A stretch of 64,000 bases of DNA, from positions 20,945 through 84,944 of the forward strand of contig JANXOF010000021.1 of NCBI GenBank assembly GCA_025353725.1. Reading direction: 5' to 3'. Below are positions 54,928-64,000 of this stretch, in pieces. The notes under the pieces were generated by a model that was not told the DNA's origin, ran no database searches, and worked only from the letters and a program-made list of their open reading frames with translations. The position numbers and the translations under genes were made by a program. This DNA comes from Polyangiaceae bacterium (GTDB lineage: Bacteria > Myxococcota_A > Polyangia > Polyangiales > Polyangiaceae). Numbering within the stretch: position 1 is the stretch's first letter; the number at the start of each line of letters is the position of its first letter.

Positions 54928-55934
54928 TAGCGCCCCAAAAACGCGTCGGTGTTCGTCAATGCGAGCCTGAGAGTTCCCCAGAAGTCCTGGTTGAAAGTAA
55001 CTCCGAGCTCTTCTCGAATTTTGCGGTTGTCGACCTCGAAGTTCATGATGTCGCCGACAAGCGGATCGCCGAACTCCACCTGCAACTGCCGGCCCTGCTC
55101 GAGTACTCGGAGCATCGAAGTCGCGAGATCGAGAATTGAAACCTGGATGCCCGACGCGGCGTTGTACGCCTGACCGCCCGACCGCGTCGACATGGCGGCA
55201 GCCAGGTTGGCTTCGACGAGATCCTTCACCCAGGTGAACGAACGTACCTGGTGCCCATCTCCGAAAACGACCGGGTTCTGGCTTTCGAGTATGCGACGGA
55301 GAAAGATGGAAACCACACCACCGAACTCGTTGGACTCCTGGCGCGGACCGTAAACATGAAAGTAGCGAAGAATGGTCGTGTTAAGACCATAGAGCTTGTG
55401 AAACACGTCAACGTAGCGCTCGCCAGCGAGCTTGGAGACCCCGTAGTACGAGACTGGCTCAAAGGCGTGTCCCTCATCTGTCGGGAACACCTTCGGTTCA
55501 CCGTAAACAGAACCCGTCGACGCCTGGACAAACTTAGCCACCTTGAACTTCAGTGCATACTGCAGGAGGTTAAGCGTGCCTCCCGCATTCACCTGGAGAT
55601 CGCGTCTTGGGTCTAAGAGACAAACATTCTTTTTCGACGCCGCGTTATGAAACACACAGTCAGCGCCGCTGAAAAGGTCGCCCATGACCGAATCGTCGTC
55701 GCAAACATCTTTCGCGACGACATGAAAATTCGCCCGCTCGGTCATGAACGCGACGTTGCTGCGCTTCCCAGCCGAGAAGTCGTCGAGGCAGAAAACGTTC
55801 GCTCCGAGGAGAACAAGTTCTTCGCAGACATGGGAGCCGATGAATCCAGCTCCCCCCGTAACGATGACTTTCTTCCCCTTAAAAAACTCTACCTTGTCCT
55901 CTAATGTGGAGGACGTGGAATTCGTGCGACTCAT
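54927..55934 (-). CDS. NAD-dependent sugar epimerase/dehydratase (extended SDR)
   Basis: VTGGAGFIGSH, ASTGSVYG, YGVSK (YxxxK), LRYFHVYGPRQ; start likely ATG 55934 overlapping upstream TGA. Confidence 0.9.
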   Translation of the reverse strand: MSRTNSTSSTLEDKVEFFKGKKVIVTGGAGFIGSHVCEELVLLGANVFCLDDFSAGKRSNVAFMTERANFHVVAKDVCDDDSVMGDLFSGADCVFHNAASKKNVCLLDPRRDLQVNAGGTLNLLQYALKFKVAKFVQASTGSVYGEPKVFPTDEGHAFEPVSYYGVSKLAGERYVDVFHKLYGLNTTILRYFHVYGPRQESNEFGGVVSIFLRRILESQNPVVFGDGHQVRSFTWVKDLVEANLAAAMSTRSGGQAYNAASGIQVSILDLATSMLRVLEQGRQLQVEFGDPLVGDIMNFEVDNRKIREELGVTFNQDFWGTLRLALTNTDAFLGR

Positions 55935-56890
55935 CACAGGTTGCTCAGCTCCTTGAGAAAGGGGTGGTAATTTCCTTTCATCCCAACTGGTTGGCACAAT
56001 CGGATGGCGGCTACGGTTTCGATAGCGGCGCGGCTGTCCGCGAGGCCAAACCCACGACCCGCCAAAATCTCCTCGTAACTGCGCGTATGCAGCTCCGTAA
56101 AACCGTCAGAGAATTCGAGCGAAGCGCCGTCCACGGTCATGGAACGATGGGTTCGCTGACCCTTCGCGCGCGCCGTGCTTGGAACGTCATCCGCGTCTAC
56201 GGAGAGAAACCATCGGACCCGAGCCTTCTCATACTCGAGATACCCAGCCGCCCGAGTCTCCGAAGCAACATGAACGATAGTCTCCTGCAGAGGGCCGAAC
56301 AAAAAGTGCAACATATCGTAGAAGTGGACCCCGATATTGCATGCTATCCCGCCCGACTTTTTCGGGTCGCCCTTCCACGACTGCAGGTACCAGCGCCCCC
56401 GAGCCGTGATGTACGTCAGCTCCACATCACGCTTGGAGCCCTGCGTTTGAGTCCGCAGCTGCTCGCGGAGAGCGATGACCGCCGGATGCAGGCGGAGCTG
56501 AAGAATCGCATGAACTTTGTGTCCCGTGTCGCGCTCGATGTCCTGAAGTGCGTCGAGATTCCAAACGTTCACGACAAGCGGCTTTTCGCAAATGACGTCT
56601 GCACCCGATCGAAGCGCGAAACGAATGTGCGAATCATGCAAGTAGTTTGGGGAGCAAATGGCGATGCAGTCGACCTGCCTCGAATCCTTCGTACGCCTCA
56701 GCTTGTCGAGATGTCGGTCAAAACGCTCGAATTCAGTAAAGAACTGCGCTTCGGGGAAGTAACTGTCCATCACGCCAACAGAGTCGCTCGGGTCGAAAGC
56801 CGCAACCAGCTCGTTCCCCGTCTCCTTGATAGCCCTCATGTGCCGCGGGGCGATGTATCCCGCGGCGCCGATCAGCGCGACATGTTTCAT
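55934..56890 (-). CDS. wbpB: UDP-N-acetyl-2-amino-2-deoxyglucuronate 3-dehydrogenase (WbpB/WlbA-like)
   Basis: ALIGAAGYIAPRHMRAIK, CSPNYLHDSH, ICEKP, QLRLHP, SWKGD, NIGVHFYDML, GFTELHTRSY, as in P. aeruginosa WbpB. Confidence 0.9.
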   Translation of the reverse strand: MKHVALIGAAGYIAPRHMRAIKETGNELVAAFDPSDSVGVMDSYFPEAQFFTEFERFDRHLDKLRRTKDSRQVDCIAICSPNYLHDSHIRFALRSGADVICEKPLVVNVWNLDALQDIERDTGHKVHAILQLRLHPAVIALREQLRTQTQGSKRDVELTYITARGRWYLQSWKGDPKKSGGIACNIGVHFYDMLHFLFGPLQETIVHVASETRAAGYLEYEKARVRWFLSVDADDVPSTARAKGQRTHRSMTVDGASLEFSDGFTELHTRSYEEILAGRGFGLADSRAAIETVAAIRLCQPVGMKGNYHPFLKELSNL

Positions 56891-57133
56891 AGTCAGAGCA
56901 GAGTCCTAACGGCGCTTTCGGACGTGAGCGTCACAGTGCACAATCCCCCGCGTTTTGCCTGCTCCCAGCCGGCGTGTCAAGCCCCTTGGGTCACGCGTCA
57001 CGGTAAGCGCGACGGCTTTCGTTCTCCTAGCCTAGGGCGGCCTCGAACGGCAGCCGCTCAAGCGGGCCAACGGCTAGGTTTGTTCGTCGCTTACGGTGCG
57101 TTTGATGGTAGCTTTCGCCGCGAGGAGCGTCGC

Positions 57134-57820
57134 GTGAAGAACCTTGCATCCCCGAGCCGCAAGAACATTACCATCATCGACGCCCAGATGGGGAATATCG
57201 GTTCACTCAAGAACATGATCTCGAAAGCGGGCGGAGTGCCGAGCATAAGCTCCGACCCGACGCGAATCCGGGAGGCCGAGAAGCTCATTTTGGCCGGGGT
57301 GGGTCACTTTGACCGAGGGATGGCTAGTCTCGAGGCTTTGGCGCTTACTTCGGTGTTGACGGAGGTAGCGCTAACGCGGCGCGTGCCGATACTCGGTATT
57401 TGCCTTGGGATGCAGTTGATGTGTCGATCAAGCGAAGAAGGAACTCGCCCTGGCCTAGGCTGGATCGACGCGGAAGTTCGGAAACTGAGGCCGGAGTCCC
57501 ATGGTGCGCGCAACGAGCCGCCAGCGACTTCCTTCAAAGTCCCTCATTCCTTCAAAGTCCCTCATATGGGCTGGAACTCCGCCACCGCAGTCAAAGGGAA
57601 TCCTATGTTCGACGCCGCCGCGGACGCCCCGCCTCGCTTCTACTTCGTACACTCCTACTACGTAGCGTGCAGCGACGCGGCTGACATTCTAACGACAACT
57701 ACCTACGACCGACCGTTTTGCTCTTCGTTTGCTCGCGAAAATCTGATCGGAGTTCAGTTTCATCCAGAGAAGAGCCACGCGTTCGGCATGGAGTTTTTTC
57801 GGCGATTCGTCGAGAGCTGA
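57134..57820 (+). CDS. hisH: HisH-like glutamine amidotransferase (O-antigen associated)
   Basis: GAGGAG SD, GTG 57134; GNIGS, LAGVGHF, LGICLGMQL, PHMGWN, FYFVHSY, QFHPEKS. Confidence 0.9.
   Translation: MKNLASPSRKNITIIDAQMGNIGSLKNMISKAGGVPSISSDPTRIREAEKLILAGVGHFDRGMASLEALALTSVLTEVALTRRVPILGICLGMQLMCRSSEEGTRPGLGWIDAEVRKLRPESHGARNEPPATSFKVPHSFKVPHMGWNSATAVKGNPMFDAAADAPPRFYFVHSYYVACSDAADILTTTTYDRPFCSSFARENLIGVQFHPEKSHAFGMEFFRRFVES
57529..57564 (+). repeat. Exact 18-bp in-frame tandem duplication inside hisH
   Basis: TTCCTTCAAAGTCCCTCA twice; encodes SFKVPH SFKVPH. Confidence 0.95.
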
Positions 57821-57825
57821 GAGCC

Positions 57826-58590
57826 ATGTTGCTCCCCCGCGTGATTCCCTGCCTGCTCCTTGACCGCGGCGGGTTGGTCAAGACAGTCAAGTTCAGATCA
57901 CCGAAGTACGTCGGTGACCCAATCAATGCGATTAGGATCTTCAATGAAAGGCGCGTTGACGAACTCATTCTCTTAGACATCAGCGTCGGTCGACATTCGC
58001 GCGGACCGGACTACGCTGCGCTTGAGGAGATAGCGAGCGAGTGTTTTATGCCTCTGTGCTACGGCGGCGGCGTAACGACGTTGGAGCAAGCGAAACGCAT
58101 CGTGAATATCGGAGTCGAGAAAATCGCGATTAACAGCGCAGCTCTTAGTCGCCTAGACTTCGTCCACGAGCTCTCGGTAGAACTAGGGTCGCAGTCTGTC
58201 GTCGCGAGTATCGACGTCAAAAAAGATTGGTTTGGCCGGTACCGGGTGTTCGACTGCACAAAGCGAGCGACAACGAACCTCGACCCGCTCCGGCACGCGG
58301 AGGCGCTTGTGGCGCTTGGCGCAGGCGAAGTGCTGCTCACTAGCGTCGACCGCGACGGCACCCAAGTCGGTTATGACGGTGCCTTGGTGCAGCAGTTCAC
58401 GGAGCGCCTCGGCGTTCCGGTCGTGGCGTGCGGCGGCGCCTCTACGCCCGAGCATCTCAAGAGCGTCATCAAAGAGTCCGGTGCGTCCGCTGCGGCTGCC
58501 GGTAGCATGTTCGTTTTTCAAGGACCACACCGAGCTGTACTCATAAGCTACCCGCCGTACTCCGAGCTCGTCTGCCTCTTAGGAAATTAA
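57826..58590 (+). CDS. hisF: HisF-like cyclase-fold protein (AglZ/HisF2 type)
   Basis: PRVIPCLL, VKTVKF, YVGDPINA, DELILLDI, FMPLCYGGG, GAGEVLLTSVDRDG, AGSMFVF. Confidence 0.9.
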   Translation: MLLPRVIPCLLLDRGGLVKTVKFRSPKYVGDPINAIRIFNERRVDELILLDISVGRHSRGPDYAALEEIASECFMPLCYGGGVTTLEQAKRIVNIGVEKIAINSAALSRLDFVHELSVELGSQSVVASIDVKKDWFGRYRVFDCTKRATTNLDPLRHAEALVALGAGEVLLTSVDRDGTQVGYDGALVQQFTERLGVPVVACGGASTPEHLKSVIKESGASAAAAGSMFVFQGPHRAVLISYPPYSELVCLLGN

Positions 58591-58591
58591 C

Positions 58592-59761
58592 ATGGTAACG
58601 CCGTCATTTCAGCCTCGTACAGGTCTCGCTTCGAGCGGGCAGGCTCAGTGCCTGCGCTGCATCATGGATACGTCCGCAGCTGACATTTCGTTTGATTCGC
58701 AGGGGTTCTGCAACTTCTGCACGGACTTCATCAAGCGCATTGAGGCTTTTCAGCCGTCCAATGAAGCAGAATTGGCACGGCGCCTCGAGACATTGGTTTC
58801 CCGGGTAAAGGCTGAGGGGAGAGGAAAGCAATACGACTGCATTGTTGGTTTGAGCGGTGGTGCAGATTCCTCTTACGCGCTCTATCTCGCGAAAGAGCAG
58901 GGACTGCGGCCGCTTGCGGTTCACATGGACAACGGCTGGGACTCTGAACTTGCGGTCCACAACATCGAAAATGTCGTACGAAAGCTCGACGTCGACCTCG
59001 CGACACACGTCATCGCTTGGGACGAGTACAAGAAGCTGATGCAAGCGTTCTTCGACGCGGACGTGCTCGACGTCGAAGTTCTTTACGACAACGCTATGTT
59101 GGCCGTGAACTACCGACTCGCCAAGAAGCACGGCGTTCGTTGGATTCTAGGAGGCACAAACCTCGCGACCGAGGGCATGCGTATGCCCGCCGACTGGAAC
59201 TGGTTCAAGTATGACAAGAAGAACATCCGAGCTCTTGCGCGCCGGTCGGGCATCGCGCTTGATTCGTTTCCTGCGATAGGGACGATCGACTTTGTTATCT
59301 TTCGTTACGCTCGGCGAATCAACTGGACATCTTTTCTCGATTACGTTTCTTACTCGAAGTCGGAAGCCACTGCCCTTCTTACGTCCAAGGTTAACTACCG
59401 CCCCTACCCTTACAAACACTACGAATCTATTTTTACCCGCTTTTATCAGGGACATATCCTGCCCGTAAAGTTCGGGATTGATAAGCGGAAGCTCCATCTG
59501 TCGACGTTGATCATGAGCGGCCAAATGGCTCGTGACGAGGCACTGAAGGTCATGGAGAGGTCACCCTATCCGTCGGACGATGCTTTACAGGAAGACATTG
59601 GTTACTTCCTTAAAAAGATGAGTTGGCGCCCCGAGCAGCTTGCGGAATACCTGGCTCGGCCTCGCATTTCGCATGCTCTGTATGGAACGGAGCAGCCGCT
59701 CTGGCTAGGTCTCGAAAAGCTCGGAAGGCGAACTGGACTTTTGAAGAAGACCGCCAGCTAG
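58592..59761 (+). CDS. wbpG: N-acetyl sugar amidotransferase (WbpG/WbuX family)
   Basis: CLRCIMDT/CNFC Zn motif, YDCIVGLSGGADSS PP-loop, HMDNGW, KHYES, IDKRKLHLS. Confidence 0.85.
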   Translation: MVTPSFQPRTGLASSGQAQCLRCIMDTSAADISFDSQGFCNFCTDFIKRIEAFQPSNEAELARRLETLVSRVKAEGRGKQYDCIVGLSGGADSSYALYLAKEQGLRPLAVHMDNGWDSELAVHNIENVVRKLDVDLATHVIAWDEYKKLMQAFFDADVLDVEVLYDNAMLAVNYRLAKKHGVRWILGGTNLATEGMRMPADWNWFKYDKKNIRALARRSGIALDSFPAIGTIDFVIFRYARRINWTSFLDYVSYSKSEATALLTSKVNYRPYPYKHYESIFTRFYQGHILPVKFGIDKRKLHLSTLIMSGQMARDEALKVMERSPYPSDDALQEDIGYFLKKMSWRPEQLAEYLARPRISHALYGTEQPLWLGLEKLGRRTGLLKKTAS

Positions 59762-59806
59762 GACACTCTTGCCACTAAGACTGCCGGTGAGTAGGAAGAG
59801 GTACCC

Positions 59807-60577
59807 ATGAAGGCGGTTATACTCGCAGGCGGACTTGGAACACGCATCTCGGAAGAGACTCAGCTTAAGCCGAAGCCGATGGCCGAGATCGGTGGCAAGC
59901 CGATCTTATGGCACATTATGAAGATCTATTCCGCCCACGGCGTGAACGACTTCATCATCTGCTGCGGCTACCGTGGCTACGTAATCAAAGAATATTTTGC
60001 GAATTATTTTTTGCACACCTCCGACGTCACATTCGACATGGCCAGCAACGAAATGAAGGTGCACCACCGTTTCGCCGAGCCTTGGAAGGTGACGTTGGTG
60101 GATACGGGTGATGCGACGATGACGGGAGGTCGCCTGAAGCGAGTCCACGGTTACATTCAGAACGAGGAAGCCGTGTGTTTCACTTACGGCGACGGTGTTG
60201 CCGACGTGGATATCACTTCGCTACTTTCGTTTCACCGCGAGCACGGCAAGCTTGCCACGATCACCGCCGTTCAACCGCCCGGGCGTTACGGTGCCCTTGA
60301 AACAGCGGGGGCACGAGTCACCGGATTTATCGAGAAGCCACGCGGTGACGGCGGGCTTATCAACGGCGGATTCTTCGTGCTTTCGCCGAAGTGCCTCGCA
60401 CTCATTGACGACGATGCATCGAGCTGGGAGGGAAAGCCTCTCACGAAACTAGCCGAGAGCGGCGAGCTGATGGCCTTCGAGCACAGGAAGTTCTGGCAGC
60501 CCATGGACACGTTGCGTGACAAGAACCACCTCGAAGAGCTTTGGCAAAGCGGTGCCGCTCCGTGGAAGGTTTGGTGA
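59807..60577 (+). CDS. rfbF: Glucose-1-phosphate cytidylyltransferase
   Basis: [47 protein letters not shown]. Confidence 0.95.
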   Translation: MKAVILAGGLGTRISEETQLKPKPMAEIGGKPILWHIMKIYSAHGVNDFIICCGYRGYVIKEYFANYFLHTSDVTFDMASNEMKVHHRFAEPWKVTLVDTGDATMTGGRLKRVHGYIQNEEAVCFTYGDGVADVDITSLLSFHREHGKLATITAVQPPGRYGALETAGARVTGFIEKPRGDGGLINGGFFVLSPKCLALIDDDASSWEGKPLTKLAESGELMAFEHRKFWQPMDTLRDKNHLEELWQSGAAPWKVW

Positions 60578-60580
60578 TCC

Positions 60581-61657
60581 TTGACACTTGACGTCGGATC
60601 TTGGGGAGGTCGTTCCGTAGTTGTGACCGGTCACACCGGTTTTAAAGGGAGCTGGCTCGCGCTCTGGCTGCACCGCTTGGGTGCCGCCGTCCACGGCTAT
60701 TCGTTAGACCCCCTTGGAAGCCCGGCCATGTTCGAGGTCGCCGGAGTCCGACAACTTCTTGCTTCGGACTTCCGTGCCGACCTGGCAGATCTGGAGCGCG
60801 TCAAAGCAAGCTTCGCGGTCGCACAACCGGAGGTCATCTTTCACCTTGCGGCTCAGCCTCTTGTACGCGAGAGCTATCGGGATCCGATTGGCACGCTCGC
60901 GACAAACGTCATGGGCACGGCTCATGTACTCGAAGCCGCGCGTTGTACCTCCTCCGTGCGCGCCGTCGTCGTCGTCACCACGGACAAGGTTTACGAGAAT
61001 CGCGAGTCCCACGACGCCTATCGCGAGAGTGATTCACTCGGGGGCCACGACCCTTACAGCGCCAGTAAGGCCGCGGCCGAGATCGTAGCCGCGAGTTACC
61101 GTTCTAGCTTTTTTTCCAGCTCGCTTCGCCCCGCCCACATCGCCACGGTCCGAGCGGGAAACGTCATCGGCGGAGGCGACTGGGCAACCGACCGACTGGT
61201 CCCTGACTGCATGCGCGCCTTCGCTCGTCGCGAATCGGTCCATCTTCGATTTCCACGTGCAGTGCGCCCTTGGCAACATGTCACCGAGCCGCTCGCAGGT
61301 TATCTTCAGCTCGCGTCACGCTTGCTGTCAACGGACGGTGCGGCCTTTGCGAAGGCGTGGAACTTCGGACCCGATTCCAGCGCTGAGGTCACCGTTGGGG
61401 AGGTTGCAGATCACGTGGCCGCGCTCTGGGGAGACGGTGCGTGCATAGTCCACGAGCCTTCTGACGCAAACCCGCACGAAGCTGGGTTGCTGCAGCTGGA
61501 CAGCGGATTGGCGCGTACGGCGCTTTTGTGGAAGCCGCGTTGGGCACTCCTGCAGGCATTGGAGAGAACCGTCTCATGGCAAAGAGCTTGGCTACGCGGG
61601 GAGGATATGGCCGCGTTTTCGATGGGACAGATTGGCAACTACGAAGCGGCTGCTTGA
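60581..61657 (+). CDS. rfbG: CDP-glucose 4,6-dehydratase
   Basis: VTGHTGFKGSWL, HLAAQPLVR, TTDKVY, DPYSASK, RAGNVIGGGDW, RPWQHV. Confidence 0.95.
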   Translation: MTLDVGSWGGRSVVVTGHTGFKGSWLALWLHRLGAAVHGYSLDPLGSPAMFEVAGVRQLLASDFRADLADLERVKASFAVAQPEVIFHLAAQPLVRESYRDPIGTLATNVMGTAHVLEAARCTSSVRAVVVVTTDKVYENRESHDAYRESDSLGGHDPYSASKAAAEIVAASYRSSFFSSSLRPAHIATVRAGNVIGGGDWATDRLVPDCMRAFARRESVHLRFPRAVRPWQHVTEPLAGYLQLASRLLSTDGAAFAKAWNFGPDSSAEVTVGEVADHVAALWGDGACIVHEPSDANPHEAGLLQLDSGLARTALLWKPRWALLQALERTVSWQRAWLRGEDMAAFSMGQIGNYEAAA

Positions 61658-61658
61658 G

Positions 61659-62222
61659 ATGAGCGAGCGATTCGAGATCTTTGAGACGAGGCTTCTCGGG
61701 CTGAACGTCGTAGCGCGGAAGCCCTTCCGCGATGACCGCGGCTTCCTCGAGCGCATCTTCTGTTCCTCCGAGCTCGAAGAGCTCGTCGGAAATCGACAGG
61801 TTGCGCAAATCAACAGGAGTTTAACGGTGCGGCGCGGGACGGTGCGCGGGATGCATTTCCAGCGGGCGCCGCATGCCGAGACCAAGTTCGTCGCCTGTCT
61901 GCGCGGAGAAGTTTACGACGTAGCCGTCGACCTGCGTCGTCACTCGAAGACCTTTCTGAATTGGCACGGGGAAGTGCTCACGGCGGCCAACCACAAGACA
62001 CTCCAGATTCCGGAAGGCTTTGCGCACGGCTTTCAAGCCCTCTCCGACGAGTGCGAGTTGCTCTACGTTCATACGGCTGCCTATCGGGCCGACGCAGACT
62101 GCGGGCTCAATGCTAAGGACCCGCGTCTCGGGATTGCCTGGCCCGCACCCATTACAGAAACCTCACCTCGCGACGCTGCACATCCACTCCTCACGGAAGA
62201 TTTTTTGGGAATTTCAGTATGA
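61659..62222 (+). CDS. rfbC: NDP-4-keto-6-deoxyhexose 3,5-epimerase (RmlC/RfbC family)
   Basis: DDRGFLER, QINRS, RGMHFQ, DVAVDLR, IPEGFAHGFQ, DPRLGIAWP. Confidence 0.9.
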   Translation: MSERFEIFETRLLGLNVVARKPFRDDRGFLERIFCSSELEELVGNRQVAQINRSLTVRRGTVRGMHFQRAPHAETKFVACLRGEVYDVAVDLRRHSKTFLNWHGEVLTAANHKTLQIPEGFAHGFQALSDECELLYVHTAAYRADADCGLNAKDPRLGIAWPAPITETSPRDAAHPLLTEDFLGISV

Positions 62223-63442
62223 ACTGTCGGCATTGTGCCTCTGAAGTAACGCTGAGCTTTGTCGACTTGGGGAGCGCACCGCCTTCAAACGCCTATCTCA
62301 GTCCCGCAAAGCTAGGCGAGCCGGAGCGCTGGTTTCCGCTCAGCGTTCGCGTCTGCGAGCAGTGCTGGCTGGTTCAAACTGAGTTTTCTCCTGCGAGCGA
62401 GCTGTTCGACGCTGAGTATGCTTACTTCAGTAGCTTCTCGTCGAGTTGGCTCGCGCACGCTGAGCGCTACGCGCTTTCGATGATCGAGCGTTTCGGACTC
62501 GGCGAAGCGAGTCACGTGGTCGAGGTCGCGGCGAATGACGGCTACCTCCTTCAGTACTTCAAGACGCGAAACATTCCGTGCACGGGGATTGAGCCTACGG
62601 CGGGTACCGCGGCGGCCGCGCGTGCAAAAGGAATAGCGATAGTCCAAGACTTTTTCGGTGTTCGCCTGGCCACGAAGCTAGCCGCCGAGGGCGGCCAAGC
62701 CGACGTCATCGCCGCCAACAACGTCCTTGCTCACGTGCCTGATATCAACGATTTCGTCGCAGGCTTCGCGCGTCTCTTGAAGCCCGACGGGGTCGCAACT
62801 TTCGAGTTTCCGCATCTCCTGAGGCTCGTCGCAGAGTCCCAGTTCGACACTATTTACCACGAGCACTTTTCTTATTTGTCGCTCGTTGCGGTCTGCCGCA
62901 TTTTCGCTCGAAACGGGCTCTGCGTTTTCGACGTCGAAGCGCTTCCTACCCACGGCGGGAGCCTCCGGGTGTACGCGCAGCGGGCGGACACGGGCACGCG
63001 CGAACCATGTGCGAGCGTCGAGGTGTGCTTGCGCACAGAGCGAGAGGCTGGCGTGGAGACGGCGTTGTTCTACGCGACGTTTCAGGAAGCGACAGACCGC
63101 GTAAAAAACGACTTTCTCTCCTTCCTGCTCCACGCGCGGAGGGAAGGTCGGAGCGTGGGGGCCTACGGTGCTGCGGCCAAGGGCAATACCTTGATGAATT
63201 ACGCTGGCGTGCGCCCTGACCTCGTGCGCTTCGTGGTCGATCGCAATCCCGCAAAGCAGGGCAAGTTCATGCCCGGGAGTCGAATCCCCATCGTGGACGA
63301 GGCACACCTTCGGGCCACCAAGCCTGACTATGTCGTGGTGTTCCCGTGGAACATAAAACCCGAGATTGCACAACAGCTCGAGTACATGGCGTCTTGGGGC
63401 GGCAAGATCGTTACGTTAGTTCCGTCCCTGGAAATCACATGA
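62219..63442 (+). CDS. NDP-hexose C-methyltransferase (putative C3)
   Basis: N-terminal CRHC...CEQC Zn motif, YAYFSS, EVAANDGYLL, NNVLAH, YHEH, HGGSLR, YGAAAKGNTL. Confidence 0.9.
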   Translation: MNCRHCASEVTLSFVDLGSAPPSNAYLSPAKLGEPERWFPLSVRVCEQCWLVQTEFSPASELFDAEYAYFSSFSSSWLAHAERYALSMIERFGLGEASHVVEVAANDGYLLQYFKTRNIPCTGIEPTAGTAAAARAKGIAIVQDFFGVRLATKLAAEGGQADVIAANNVLAHVPDINDFVAGFARLLKPDGVATFEFPHLLRLVAESQFDTIYHEHFSYLSLVAVCRIFARNGLCVFDVEALPTHGGSLRVYAQRADTGTREPCASVEVCLRTEREAGVETALFYATFQEATDRVKNDFLSFLLHARREGRSVGAYGAAAKGNTLMNYAGVRPDLVRFVVDRNPAKQGKFMPGSRIPIVDEAHLRATKPDYVVVFPWNIKPEIAQQLEYMASWGGKIVTLVPSLEIT

Positions 63443-64000
63443 AGCCGCGCATCGCGTATACCAAGCCATCCGTAACGGAGCTCGAGGTCGGCTACGCAAC
63501 GGACGCGGCACGAAGCGGCTGGGGGGACTCGTGCTACGAGTACATTGGTCGCTTCGAAGCGGCTTTTAGCGACCACCTCGGCGTAAAACACGCCATCGCG
63601 ACGTCGAGCTGCACTGGGGCCCTTCATATGGGTCTCGCGGCGATGGCGGTCGGCGCCGGCGACGAAGTCATCCTTGCAGATACCAATTGGATCGCGTCGG
63701 CGGCGCCCATCGTCCACCTGGGTGCGACACCTGTTTTCGTCGATGTCCTTCCCGACAGCTGGTGCCTTGACCCAAGCCGGGTGGAGGCCGCTATCACCTC
63801 GCGGACGAAGGCAATCGTCGCAGTACATCTTTATGGAAACTTGTGCGCCATGGACGCCCTCCTCACGATCGGGCGACGCCACGGAATTCCCATCGTTGAG
63901 GACGCGGCTGAGGCCATCGGCTCAATTTATTTGGGGAAGCCCGCAGGCAGCATGGGTATCTTCGGCAGCTTTTCATTTCACGGCACCAAGACGCTGACAA
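63439..64000 (+). CDS. DegT/DnrJ/EryC1/StrS aminotransferase (perosamine synthase-like), truncated by window end
   Basis: Not in the ORF track. Manual translation from ATG 63439: MKPRIAYTKP...FEAAF...SSCTGALH...GDEVI...GATPVFVD...VHLYG...IVEDAAEAIG...SFSFHGTKTLT (PLP lysine motif). Confidence 0.9.
   Translation, partial: MKPRIAYTKPSVTELEVGYATDAARSGWGDSCYEYIGRFEAAFSDHLGVKHAIATSSCTGALHMGLAAMAVGAGDEVILADTNWIASAAPIVHLGATPVFVDVLPDSWCLDPSRVEAAITSRTKAIVAVHLYGNLCAMDALLTIGRRHGIPIVEDAAEAIGSIYLGKPAGSMGIFGSFSFHGTKTLT

Noticed and set aside
55904-57133. N-terminal extension of the HisH ORF (638 aa in track)
   Set aside because: Antisense to wbpB; SD and homology support GTG 57134.
57134-58590. hisH/hisF as histidine biosynthesis genes
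   Set aside because: Adjacent to wbpG in a glycan cluster with HisF2-type motifs and no other his genes; symbols are kept only as family labels.
1-64000. CRISPR arrays, tRNA/rRNA genes, intact integrase or prophage genes
   Set aside because: No regularly spaced repeats, T-loop/CCA patterns, rRNA signatures or phage structural genes were found by eye.

Overview
GC-rich bacterial chromosome window that looks myxobacterial (Polyangiaceae/Labilithrix-like). This is inferred from three eukaryote-type Ser/Thr kinases, many Cys-rich lipoproteins with DAG/DGG linkers, DUF4175- and DUF4398/OmpA-type genes and IS91-type debris. Left arm (1-19.4 kb): psd, a gluzincin peptidase, a DUF4175-like protein, two kinases, an orphan LivK-like lipoprotein, an OmpR-type regulator and two tandem ~800-aa Cys-rich vWA-like lipoprotein paralogs. 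20-25.6 kb holds an apparent metal (probably Cu) handling neighbourhood with two parts. One is an operon of a CxxC/PPPR leader-like ORF, a His/Cys lipoprotein, a YtkA/FixH-like lipoprotein and a CxxC beta-barrel. The other is a DUF692 (MNIO)/DUF2063 pair whose cognate precursor is, unusually, a lipoprotein with a C-terminal GSCGAGTCS core. 30.3-38 kb is a mosaic accessory segment: a duplicated gene fragment, an IS1202-like left end 5 bp from a dif/xrs-like palindrome, MMPL and IS91 remnants, an aspartic protease and a SNF2-SWIM pair. 40.7-42.5 kb is a small NCSS-motif protein + radical SAM/SPASM + membrane protein operon. Next come murB, hrpB, a third kinase and asnB. From 51.7 kb to the window end lies a surface-polysaccharide cluster (CmcI-type methyltransferase, glycosyltransferases, wbpB, HisH/HisF/WbpG, rfbFGC, C-methyltransferase, DegT aminotransferase). 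No rRNA, tRNA or CRISPR array was seen. All family assignments are from motif recognition by eye; no database search was run.
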